Source: a bacterium
Lineage (GTDB): Bacteria > Vulcanimicrobiota > Xenobia > Xenobiales > Xenobiaceae
Direction of reading: 5' to 3'
NCBI GenBank assembly: GCA_017458675.1
Contig: JAFTAM010000096.1
Coordinates: 10,210-74,209 of the forward strand
DNA: 64,000 bases
In this document: positions 39,308 through 47,558 of the stretch, piece after piece
Layout: each line of letters opens with the position of its first letter
How positions within the stretch are numbered: position 1 is the stretch's first letter
The notes under the pieces: generated by a model
The model's input: only the letters and a program-made list of their open reading frames with translations
Database searches by the model: none
What the model was told of the DNA's origin: nothing
Made by a program: the position numbers and the translations under genes

Positions 39308-40531
39308 ATGAGCGATATGCTTTATAAGCGCTGGCTGGAAATGCTGGAAAAAAAAGAAGGTTTTGCCTTAATTACGGTTATTAAGGCCAAGGGCTCTACT
39401 CCCCGCGGAGCGGGTACAAAGATGTTGGTCGACAGCCTGGGGCGCGCTATAGGCACGATAGGCGGCGGCTGTCCGGAGGCCGAGGCCTGGCAGGAGGCTA
39501 AGCTTATCGCTTCCGAGGGCGGCTACTGTCTTCTCGATATAAATCTGGCCCATAGCGGCGATATTATCAAGGACGGCGGCGAGGCTATGATCTGCGGCGG
39601 CCGCCTGCAGGTCTTTATTGAGCATATCGCTCCGGACAGCGAGAAGAGCAGGCTTCTGCAGGCTGCTCTGGACAGCGTCCATAGGCGCGGCCTTAAGGAT
39701 ATTATAGGTATCGTCTGTTTGGGCGTTAAAGAAGGCGAGGACAGCGAGGAGCTTTTTCCCGCTCCGGCTATGCGCTTTATGTATTCCCGCACCGAAGGTC
39801 TGAGCGGCGGCGCCGAGGAGTGGAATAAGGCTGAAAATGCCGATTTAAAGAGACGCCTGACCGAATCGGCCGCCGAAGTTGAAGCGTCCGGTCTTCCTAA
39901 ACTGGCCGAAATAGAGCATAACGGGCGCGTCCTGGAGTTTTTTATAGAATCATTTAAGCCTTGCAGGCGTTTTTATATAGCCGGAGCCGGTCATGTTTCC
40001 CGTCCCCTGAGCGCTATTGCCAATATGTGCGGCTTTGCGGTCCACGTTAACGACGACCGCCCCGAATACGCCGATCCCAAGATGTTTGCCGAGGGCGTCA
40101 GAGTCGGGTCTCTGCCCTTCAAGGATTTTTTTGCTCCTGAGCGCTTGCAGTTGGATGAAAACTGTGCTGTCGTGCTGGTAACCCGCGGCCATAAGCATGA
40201 CGGGGAATGTCTGCGGGCTTTGATCGGCTGCCATGTCGGCTATCTGGGCATGATCGGCAGTCAAAGGCGTACGATTTTAATTAGGGAGCGTCTGCTGCGC
40301 GACGGCGTTGATCCCGAGTGGCTGGCTCAGGTTCATGCGCCCATAGGCCTTGACATTGGCGGTGAGACTCCCGAAGAGATCGCCGTCGCCATCATGGCCG
40401 AGGTCATCGCCGAATTCAACGGCGCTTCCAAAGCCTTAGAGGCGGGGCTGAGCGTAAGGCTGCGCTCCAAACTTCCGGATAAAGCGGACAGCCGCGCCTT
40501 TGAGTGTCCGGTTTCTCCCCAATGTAATTAA
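39308..40531 (+). CDS. XdhC/CoxI-family protein (molybdenum-hydroxylase maturation factor-like), orphan
   Basis: 407 aa. The N-terminal XdhC_CoxI domain (FALITVIKAKGSTPRGAGTKMLVD...GGGC) plus a C-terminal Rossmann domain (FYIAGAGHVSRPL). Confidence 0.75.
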   Translation: MSDMLYKRWLEMLEKKEGFALITVIKAKGSTPRGAGTKMLVDSLGRAIGTIGGGCPEAEAWQEAKLIASEGGYCLLDINLAHSGDIIKDGGEAMICGGRLQVFIEHIAPDSEKSRLLQAALDSVHRRGLKDIIGIVCLGVKEGEDSEELFPAPAMRFMYSRTEGLSGGAEEWNKAENADLKRRLTESAAEVEASGLPKLAEIEHNGRVLEFFIESFKPCRRFYIAGAGHVSRPLSAIANMCGFAVHVNDDRPEYADPKMFAEGVRVGSLPFKDFFAPERLQLDENCAVVLVTRGHKHDGECLRALIGCHVGYLGMIGSQRRTILIRERLLRDGVDPEWLAQVHAPIGLDIGGETPEEIAVAIMAEVIAEFNGASKALEAGLSVRLRSKLPDKADSRAFECPVSPQCN

Positions 40532-40639
40532 GCTGAGCAGTTTTTAACTCTGTAAATATGAACGGCGGCAGGTTCTCTGCCGCCGTTCCGCATATTGCGC
40601 CATTTTTTTGTCGATATAGCGCCGCGAAGACTTTGTCAA

Positions 40640-41180
40640 ACATGTTTTGCGTATTATCGTTATGCCGGTTTTGTTTTGTGCTTCGCTCCGCGACTGCGCT
40701 TCGCTCACGACGCTCGCTTTAGTGCAAAACAAAACCTGTGCAAAGCGTGTCTGCTGAAAGCCTGTTTTTGCTCAGCACGCTCGGCGTGTTTTCGCTATGC
40801 CGGTTTTCTTTGCCGTTACCGCTCCGCGCTCGCTTCGCTCGAATCTCCGCGTACACGTCAAAGAAAACCTCTATTAAGCATGTATGCTGAAAGCCTGTTT
40901 TTGCTCAGCATGCTCGGCGTGTGTTCGCTATGCCGGTTTTCTTTGCCGTTACCGCTCTGCGCTCGCTTCGCGCGAATCTCCGCGTACACGTCAAAGAAAA
41001 CCTCGATTAAGCATGTCTGCTGAAAGCGCGTTTTGTCAGCAAGCTCTGTTTGTTTTTGCTATGCCGGTTTTCTTTGTCGTTACCGCTCCGCGCTCGCTTC
41101 GCTCGAATCTCCGCGTACACGTCAAAGAAAACCTCTATTAAGCATGTCTGCTGAAAGCGCGTTTTTGTTCAGCATGCTCC
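40640..41180. repeat. Tandem array of 131-133 bp units (about 4 copies, first diverged), each with an internal 11-15 bp inverted repeat
   Basis: The GCTGAAAGC anchor recurs at 40753, 40886, 41019 and 41150. Each unit has GGTTTTCTTTG...(about 50 nt)...CAAAGAAAACC. The diverged copy has GGTTTTGTTTTG...CAAAACAAAACC, which is compensatory. Confidence 0.85.
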
Positions 41181-41183
41181 GCG

Positions 41184-41210
41184 TGTCATTCTGAGCGCCG
41201 CGAAGAATCT
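41184..41210. repeat. Copy of the dispersed REP-like element (GTCATTCTGAGCGCCGCGAAGAATCT)
   Basis: Same element at 33128-33157, 39204-39226, 42998-43026, 53290-53317 and 53354-53384, with an inverted partial copy at about 53428-53445. Confidence 0.6.
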
Positions 41211-41238
41211 TATAATGCCTGTTTTTGTATGCGCAATA

Positions 41239-42675
41239 TTACAGCTTTTCCGTGCAGGCGCTCAGGGTTTCAACTATCTGATTCTGGGCGTTTACGGCGT
41301 TCCAAATTTCGGTATTGTTGCAGAGAACGGAAAACTCCAGCTCCTGACCGGCCTGGGTCATTACGTATCCTGTTAAGGAGGAATCGTGCGCCAGGGTTCC
41401 GGTTTTGGCCCGGACGTCGATTCCGCCCAGGCGGCCGCGCAGCGTGCCTTTGCCGCTGTGGGGGAGGCTGTCTTTGAACCAGCGGCGGTAATAGCTGCGC
41501 TGCATAGTGTCGAGCACTTCCACCAGCTGATGGGGAGTGATGCGGTTGTCGGGCGAAAGGCCGCAGCCGTCAACCATATATAAATTTTCGGGATCTATAT
41601 TGTGACTGGATAAAAAGGTTTGACAGGCCTTATAGCCGGTGTCGGCGCTGCCGCGGCCGTGACTGATCTGTCCTATGACTTTGTAGAGATGTTCGGCAAA
41701 AAGGTTGTCGCTTTCGTGGTTGATTTCCCGGCATATTTCCGAAACCGGCAAAGAATAGTGAGAGGCGTACAGATTGAGCTCTTCGACGCAGGCGGCTTCT
41801 CCGTTTTTGCCGATTAAGCGGGTTTGTCCCTTGACCTTTATGCCGGCCTGATTGAGCATGCTTTTAAAAACGCCTATGGCAAAGAGAGGCGGACTTTCGA
41901 CGCAGATCTGATTGCGCACATTTCCGTTATTGGCGCCCTTTACGGTTATAATATTGCTGCCCTTGGGACGCTCTACCAGCGGCGCCCCGCCGTCGTCCAA
42001 AAGTTTGACGCCCATAGTCGCGCAGGAAGGGTTGAAGGCGCACTGACCGTCTATGACGGACACCTCTATCAAGTTGCCGTTTAAGGAGAGAGAACCCACC
42101 GGAGCGGCAAAGGAGTCGAGGCGGTAGTTGTCTTTCCAGCCCTTGGGGAGATATTCGCGGTCAAAAGCGGAATCGTCGGCCACCAGATCGCCGGCGATAG
42201 ATTTCACTCCGGCTTCTTTAAGTCTCTTTATAAATTTTTCGTAAGGCCGGGTGCAGGGGGTGTCGTAGGGCGGAGTAGTAGTCGGATCGCCGCTGCCGCG
42301 CAGATACAAATTTCCCTGTATTTCTCCGTTTTGATCGGGCAGGCCGCCTCTCAGCTCAGTTTTCAGTCTGTAGTTGGGCCCCAGCAGGTTTAAAGAAGCG
42401 GCGGTGGTCAGAATTTTAAGGTTGGAGGCCGGCACCAGCGGCGTATTGCCGTCGGCGGAAAATACGATGCGGCCGCTTTCGGGGACTTTGACGCAAACGC
42501 CGATCAGCGTATCGGGCTTGGTTTTGGCATTTCTGACGATAGCGGAAAGCTGCTGCTTGAGCTGCACGGTCTGGTCGTATGAGGCGTTGGCCTTACAGCT
42601 GTAAAAATGGACGGAAAAACAGAGCGCAGCGGCGGAAAAAGCGGCCAGCAGAGTTTTGCATAAGGAGCGGTTCAT
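41239..42675 (-). CDS. dacB: D-alanyl-D-alanine carboxypeptidase/endopeptidase, PBP4 (peptidase S13) family
   Basis: 478 aa with a signal peptide. Conserved S13 blocks (VPASNLKILTTAASL, an SxN-like region, KTGTLAHDSSLTGYV). Confidence 0.85.
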   Translation of the reverse strand: MNRSLCKTLLAAFSAAALCFSVHFYSCKANASYDQTVQLKQQLSAIVRNAKTKPDTLIGVCVKVPESGRIVFSADGNTPLVPASNLKILTTAASLNLLGPNYRLKTELRGGLPDQNGEIQGNLYLRGSGDPTTTPPYDTPCTRPYEKFIKRLKEAGVKSIAGDLVADDSAFDREYLPKGWKDNYRLDSFAAPVGSLSLNGNLIEVSVIDGQCAFNPSCATMGVKLLDDGGAPLVERPKGSNIITVKGANNGNVRNQICVESPPLFAIGVFKSMLNQAGIKVKGQTRLIGKNGEAACVEELNLYASHYSLPVSEICREINHESDNLFAEHLYKVIGQISHGRGSADTGYKACQTFLSSHNIDPENLYMVDGCGLSPDNRITPHQLVEVLDTMQRSYYRRWFKDSLPHSGKGTLRGRLGGIDVRAKTGTLAHDSSLTGYVMTQAGQELEFSVLCNNTEIWNAVNAQNQIVETLSACTEKL

Positions 42676-42785
42676 AAAGGCATCCGGGTTTCAAGAGTGC
42701 GTTTTTATGGACTTTTTTTATATTTGCGGATTAGTTTTTCCTTTATAAAAAAGCCGAAAAACGAAAATGTTTATGGACGTGTCCG

Positions 42786-42905
42786 CATGTATTCGCTGTT
42801 TCGGTTTTCTTTGCTGCGCCGCTGCGCGTCAGCTTTGCTCGAATTCCCGTGTGCGCTTCAAATACAACTATATTTTAGAACATCTGCCGTAAGTCTGTTT
42901 TGCTG
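42786..42905. repeat. Degenerate single copy of the 131-bp repeat unit downstream of dacB
   Basis: CGGTTTTCTTTGCTGCGCCGCTGCGCG...TCTGTTTTGCTGAA aligns to the unit. The second half of the inverted repeat is decayed. Confidence 0.5.
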
Positions 42906-42997
42906 AATTGATCGCCGGTGTTTCTCTCCCTGAACGTTCGGAACTCTCCTCTTTATCAAACTGTGCTTTCCCGCTTGTCATCTCAAGCTTCTCTTCT

Positions 42998-43026
42998 TGT
43001 CATCCTGAGCGCAGCGAAGGATCTTT
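42998..43026. repeat. Copy of the dispersed REP-like element (GTCATCCTGAGCGCAGCGAAGGATCT)
   Basis: Matches the 41184 copy with 3 substitutions. Preceded by a partial duplication (CTTGTCATCTCAAGC). Confidence 0.55.
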
Positions 43027-43241
43027 ACCATTTTATTCTGTCTGATTTTGCCGCTGCGCGCTCGCTTTCGTTTTCTGAAACTCAGAATTCAGCGAAATGA
43101 AAGAATAGCTGTTTTCGCTGTTTTCCAATTTTAGAAGTAATAATTTTTGGGATATAATTTAATAATGGCGTCAATACAACCGCTGATTAAATGCGAGGTA
43201 AGAGCTTGTATATTGCAGCGTCAGGATTATGGAGGGAAAAA

Positions 43242-43655
43242 ATGAGAGACTGTAAACGTTTTGTGTTTGCATTATTTTCTGTTATTCTACTCAGTTTAGT
43301 ATTATGCAATGCAGTATATGCTGATTATTGGAGGTGGCCGGAAATGCCATGCCCTGACTGCTGGGGAACAGGATTTTTGGGAAACGGAAATATCCCTTGC
43401 GGCGCTTGTAATGGTTATAAATCCAGACGAAAAGAGTTTCGCGAATTTAATCAGCGAGATATCCTGTATTTTAAAAGTATCGGAGCTTGGACTGAGCGTA
43501 AAAATAATAGCGTTATACTGCATTTGCCTTGTTCTGCTTGCGGCGCACGAAATCAGTTTGAAACTGTGATTGATACCAATAACCCGCTGGTAGGTTACTT
43601 GGAATTTAATATGTGGATATGCAGTAAATGCGGTTACCGTGGAATGGGTTACTAA
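43242..43655 (+). CDS. Small secreted Cys-rich protein (four CxxC-type pairs; zinc-ribbon-like)
   Basis: 137 aa from the ATG at 43242, with GGAGGG RBS. Signal peptide FVFALFSVILLSLVLCNAVYA. Cys pairs CPDC, CGAC, CSAC and CSKC. Sits in an AT-rich islet. Confidence 0.5.
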   Translation: MRDCKRFVFALFSVILLSLVLCNAVYADYWRWPEMPCPDCWGTGFLGNGNIPCGACNGYKSRRKEFREFNQRDILYFKSIGAWTERKNNSVILHLPCSACGARNQFETVIDTNNPLVGYLEFNMWICSKCGYRGMGY

Positions 43656-43680
43656 GTTAGTTTCAATAAAGATAAATAAT

Positions 43681-43720
43681 AAAAAAGGCTGTCCGCCGAG
43701 GAAGGCGGGCAGCCTTTTTG
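43681..43720. terminator. Bidirectional rho-independent terminator between convergent genes
   Basis: A6-GGCTGTCCGCC-GAGGAA-GGCGGGCAGCC-T5. Confidence 0.65.
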
Positions 43721-43737
43721 TTATTGTTCAGCGCATA

Positions 43738-45699
43738 TTATCTGTGGCCTCTGCGTCCGCCGCCGACGTGCGTCGAGGAATGAGACGAAGAGTGCGAGGG
43801 CCTGCTCACCGAGTGGGTCGAGGTGCGCGGTGTGGAGCTGTAGCTTGATGAGGGCCTGCTCACCGAGTGGGTCGAGGTGCGCGGTGTGGAGCTGTAGCTT
43901 GAGGATGGCCTGCTTACCGTGCTGCCGGAACTGCGAGGCGAAGAGGTGTAGGAGGGGGTGGACTGCGTTCTTACCGTATAGGATGATGAGCGCGGGGACG
44001 AGGTATAGGAGGGAGTTCCGAAGATATTGGTTTTTGACCTGGACGGAGCCGGCGAGGGGTTATAGGTCTTGGTAGGCGAGTTCTGAACCGTTACCGGAGA
44101 CGATACATAGGAAGGTCTGGAAGGGCTGGAGCCGCTTCGGCCCGAGTTTACTGAACCGGATGGGGAGTAGGACTTGCTGGGGTTGTAAGACCTTGCCGGA
44201 GCAGATGACGAACTTCCGGAGGGCTTGTAGCCTGGAGGCGCGATTCGGCTGCCGGAGCTTTGCGTCGGCGCGGAACTTTTAAGCCTGGCGGGATCAAACG
44301 TGGGATGGCTGGCTGAAGCGGGCTTGCTGACTGCGGCGGGTCTGCTGGCTGAAGCGGGTCTGCTGACTGCAGCGGGCCTGGCTGACGAACCTACCGTGCT
44401 TGAAGGGCGGCTGGGCGTATACTGCGGCCGGTTGGCGGTATTGGTCTGAACTCGGGAAGAGCTCGGAGAATTCTGAGATTTGGGAGCAGCGGGCAGATTG
44501 GGAGTACTGCTGTAAATTTTGCTGCCGTGATGAGCCGGACGGGCAGGCTGAGCGCTCGTACCGATATGGCTGGGCTGACTGCCGGAATTGATGCGGTTGG
44601 GCTGATATCCGGGATTAGGGCGTGCGCTCTGAGGACGGCCGTCGGGGCGTTTAGCTGAAGCTGCGGCGGTCTTTGTTTTGTTCATGCTGCTGCCGCCGAC
44701 CACTCCGTTATTGACGGAACGGCGCGGACCGTTGTGGATATAGCCGCCGCCGAGCTGTTCGCTGGGAATGGGCGAAGAAGCGTGATGATTGCCGCCCGGA
44801 TAATTATTGTGCCAGTGATGAGGATCGTGGTGGGGATCGTGATGATGGTCGTGATGATGGTCATGGTGCGGCGGATGGGGCATGGGCTTGGGGCGATAGG
44901 GTTCGGGACGCGGCGGCGGAGGCGGCGGCGGATAGTGACGGGGATGATCGTACCAGGGGTACCAGCGATGATCGTAATAGCGGTAATATCCGTAGCCGGG
45001 GCCCCACCACATGTCATGGTTGTACCAGTCCCAGGAGCTGGTGCAGAAGATAGCCGCGGTTACTAAAGCCAGACTGCCCCAGATGATGGCGGCGTCTGAG
45101 GTGTTCGTATAGGCGTAGCGGCTGGAGCCCGGGTAGTCGTAAACGACGACGGGATCGTAGGTGGGAACGACTATAGTGTCGGCGCTGGCCGGAGTAATAT
45201 AGATATATTCCTTTTCCTTGACAACTTTGACGTCTTTGGTCGAGGTCAGGGTACCGGTATTGTAGGCATTGTTGCGCAGCTTCTGGATGGAAGTGTACAT
45301 CTCGTCGTTTTTGTTGGAGAAAATGTAGGCCAGATCGTTGGTCCAGTCCATGTTTTCCGCCATATAATTGATGACGTCGGGAGTTACCACCAGCAGCGAA
45401 ACCACGCTTTCGTTCCAGTTTTTATATTTAACCAGATCGGAAATTTTATCGATGGGAACGTCGGAATTCGATTTGTACCAATTGTTGGCTTCTATAATCT
45501 GATCCGGATAGGTAGAAGCGATCAGCACACTCCCCAGCAGCGAATCCGGATAGAGAGCTATCGGAGCTAAAGTTTTATCTATATCAGTATAGACCGCTTT
45601 CTGTACCGTCGTCGTGCCGGCATAAGCCATGAAGGGCATTCCGAGGCTGACGGCGGCGCCTAGGGCCAGGCCTATAATTATTTTTTCAAACTTATGCAT
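43738..45699 (-). CDS. DUF3300-like secreted protein with poly-Pro, His-rich (HHDHHHDHHHD) and long Ser/Pro/Thr-rich repetitive tail
   Basis: 653 aa with a signal peptide. The N-terminal about 200 aa form a globular domain (LAPIALYPDSLLGSVLIASTYPDQIIEANNW). The rest is low-complexity with exact 18-aa repeats. Confidence 0.65.
   Translation of the reverse strand: MHKFEKIIIGLALGAAVSLGMPFMAYAGTTTVQKAVYTDIDKTLAPIALYPDSLLGSVLIASTYPDQIIEANNWYKSNSDVPIDKISDLVKYKNWNESVVSLLVVTPDVINYMAENMDWTNDLAYIFSNKNDEMYTSIQKLRNNAYNTGTLTSTKDVKVVKEKEYIYITPASADTIVVPTYDPVVVYDYPGSSRYAYTNTSDAAIIWGSLALVTAAIFCTSSWDWYNHDMWWGPGYGYYRYYDHRWYPWYDHPRHYPPPPPPPRPEPYRPKPMPHPPHHDHHHDHHHDPHHDPHHWHNNYPGGNHHASSPIPSEQLGGGYIHNGPRRSVNNGVVGGSSMNKTKTAAASAKRPDGRPQSARPNPGYQPNRINSGSQPSHIGTSAQPARPAHHGSKIYSSTPNLPAAPKSQNSPSSSRVQTNTANRPQYTPSRPSSTVGSSARPAAVSRPASASRPAAVSKPASASHPTFDPARLKSSAPTQSSGSRIAPPGYKPSGSSSSAPARSYNPSKSYSPSGSVNSGRSGSSPSRPSYVSSPVTVQNSPTKTYNPSPAPSRSKTNIFGTPSYTSSPRSSSYTVRTQSTPSYTSSPRSSGSTVSRPSSSYSSTPRTSTHSVSRPSSSYSSTPRTSTHSVSRPSHSSSHSSTHVGGGRRGHR
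43797..43904. repeat. 54-bp coding tandem repeat (2 exact copies plus decayed copies further 3') encoding SSYSSTPRTSTHSVSRPS
   Basis: GGGCCTGCTCACCGAGTGGGTCGAGGTGCGCGGTGTGGAGCTGTAGCTTGATGA occurs twice consecutively. Confidence 0.8.
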
Positions 45700-45904
45700 A
45701 TTGCGCAGGTCCTTTCCTGAAAAATGGCCTTTTTCTCAAGGAGGCAAAAGAAAATTTTCCATTTAGAATATTAAATAAATCTTTTGAAATTTATATTGTT
45801 TTTTTAGAGAAAAATTTTTTAACAGATTCTTACTTAAAGCTCAGGGACAGGCTGTTGTTTCGGTTGCGGAGGAAGAAATCTGAAAATTTTAAAAATATAA
45901 ATAT

Positions 45905-46663
45905 ATGGCGTTTGATATAGAAATATTATATGAGGACGAATATATTATAGCAGTTGATAAACCGGCGGGGCTGCCCATGCATCCCAACCTGGACCCGCAG
46001 AGAGAGAATCTTGTCTCTGTTTTGGAGGCGGAACTGCGCGCACGAGGAGAAGGGCTGCTGAAGCTGGGAATTCATCAGCGTCTTGACCTGGGCACTTCCG
46101 GGGCGGTAGTCTTTTCCAAAAGCCGGGAAGCTAATCCCTCGCTGGCCCGACAATTTGCCGAGCATTCGGCGCGCAAAATTTATGCGGCCCTGACGGACGC
46201 CGTCCGTTTAAAACAAAAAAACTGGGAATGCGCTTTCTCTTTGGCCGAGCCTTTGAAGCGCGGCGGTCCGGTGCGCTGGCTCAAGGGCGCGGAGTCCGAC
46301 GAAATAAAGGGAAAGACAGCTTTTAAAAACGCCTTGACGCAGTTTGCGCTTTTAAAAAGAGGCAGAGGAGCTTTGCTGCTCCAGGCGGAGCTTAAAAGCG
46401 GACGCAAGCATCAGATCCGCGCCCATCTGGCTGCGCAGAAGACGCCTATTTTAGGCGATGAGCTTTATCGGGGAAGTCTCAGAGCGGAAAGGGACGGACG
46501 GATTTTTGTATTCGGCCGGCCCATGCTCCACGCCCGTTATCTGCAGATCGTCCATCCTATAGACGGCAGACTTATGGAGTTTAAGGCGCCTTGGCCGGAA
46601 GATTTTCGGAAAGCCTGTCAGTTTTTTGAAATAGAATTAGAGGAACTTGATGTCCAAACCTAA
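45905..46663 (+). CDS. RluA-family 23S rRNA/tRNA pseudouridine synthase
   Basis: 252 aa. Catalytic motif HQRLDLGTSGAVVFSK and a downstream GRKHQIRAHL. Confidence 0.85.
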   Translation: MAFDIEILYEDEYIIAVDKPAGLPMHPNLDPQRENLVSVLEAELRARGEGLLKLGIHQRLDLGTSGAVVFSKSREANPSLARQFAEHSARKIYAALTDAVRLKQKNWECAFSLAEPLKRGGPVRWLKGAESDEIKGKTAFKNALTQFALLKRGRGALLLQAELKSGRKHQIRAHLAAQKTPILGDELYRGSLRAERDGRIFVFGRPMLHARYLQIVHPIDGRLMEFKAPWPEDFRKACQFFEIELEELDVQT

Positions 46664-47558
46664 GGCAATAGCGATTATGGGACCGACAGCCTCGGGAAAG
46701 TCGGCTCTGGCCCTGGCTCTGGCCCAGGAATTCGGCGGTGAAATTATCAGCGCCGATTCTGCGCAGGTATACGCAGGTCCGGATATCGGCACGGCCAAGC
46801 CCGATAAGCGGGAGCGTTCCCTGGTCCCCCATCATTTAATAGATATACGCACTTTGAAGGAGCCCTTCAGTCTGGCCGATTTTAAGGAACTGGCTCAGAA
46901 TTTGATTTTCAGAATCTGGGAGGCGGGACGCATTCCCTTTGTGGTCGGCGGCAGCGGTTTGTATCTGCGCGGACTCTGCGAGGGTTACACTCTTATAGAG
47001 ACGCCGCCGGACCCGGAGCTCAGGGAACGTCTCAACAGCCTGGAGCTGCCGGAGCTTTTGAACCGCCTGGCCAAAGCCGATCCGCAGACGTATGAAAAAA
47101 TCGACAGATGCAACAAGCGGCGGATAGTGCGCTCTTTGGAGGTCATTGAGCAGACCGGCAGATCTTTTACGGAGCTTTCCCGCTGCACGCCTCCGCCCTT
47201 TGAGGTTCTGAAGCTGGGACTGCACTGGGAGCGTCAGGCTCTCTTTGCCAGAATCGATCTGCGCCTGAAAGAAATGATGGCGCAAGGGTGGCCTGAAGAA
47301 GCGGAGCGGCTGTACAGGGAGGGATTTGCCGAAGACCTGCGCTGCCTTCGCATTTTGGGGTATCCGGAACTTTTGGATGCGATCGAAGGAAAAATAACGC
47401 TTCCGGAAGCAGAGGAGCTGATTCGCCTGGCCACTCACCGTTTTGCCAAGCGTCAGCAGACGTGGTTTAAGAAGGAACCCGAGCTTCACACGCTGTCGGC
47501 GGGCGAAGAAGCGTATTCGGAAGCCTGCCGTTTAATCAGGGAATTTTTAAGGCATTGA
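46647..47558 (+). CDS. miaA: tRNA dimethylallyltransferase MiaA
   Basis: P-loop (IMGPTASGKSALAL), SADSAQVY and DIGTAKP motifs. Overlaps the rluA-like stop by 17 nt. Confidence 0.92.
   Translation: MMSKPKAIAIMGPTASGKSALALALAQEFGGEIISADSAQVYAGPDIGTAKPDKRERSLVPHHLIDIRTLKEPFSLADFKELAQNLIFRIWEAGRIPFVVGGSGLYLRGLCEGYTLIETPPDPELRERLNSLELPELLNRLAKADPQTYEKIDRCNKRRIVRSLEVIEQTGRSFTELSRCTPPPFEVLKLGLHWERQALFARIDLRLKEMMAQGWPEEAERLYREGFAEDLRCLRILGYPELLDAIEGKITLPEAEELIRLATHRFAKRQQTWFKKEPELHTLSAGEEAYSEACRLIREFLRH

Noticed and set aside
40595-41141. Two predicted Cys-rich ORFs (142 aa and 85 aa) inside the 131-bp tandem repeats
   Set aside because: Their periodic sequence (FCSARSACFRYAGFLCRYRSALAS repeated) simply mirrors the DNA repeat. 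The covarying inverted repeat argues for structural rather than coding selection. No RBS is apparent.
40640-41180. Possible CRISPR array
   Set aside because: Units are about 131 bp and repeat in their entirety with only point differences. There are no unique spacers and no cas genes nearby.
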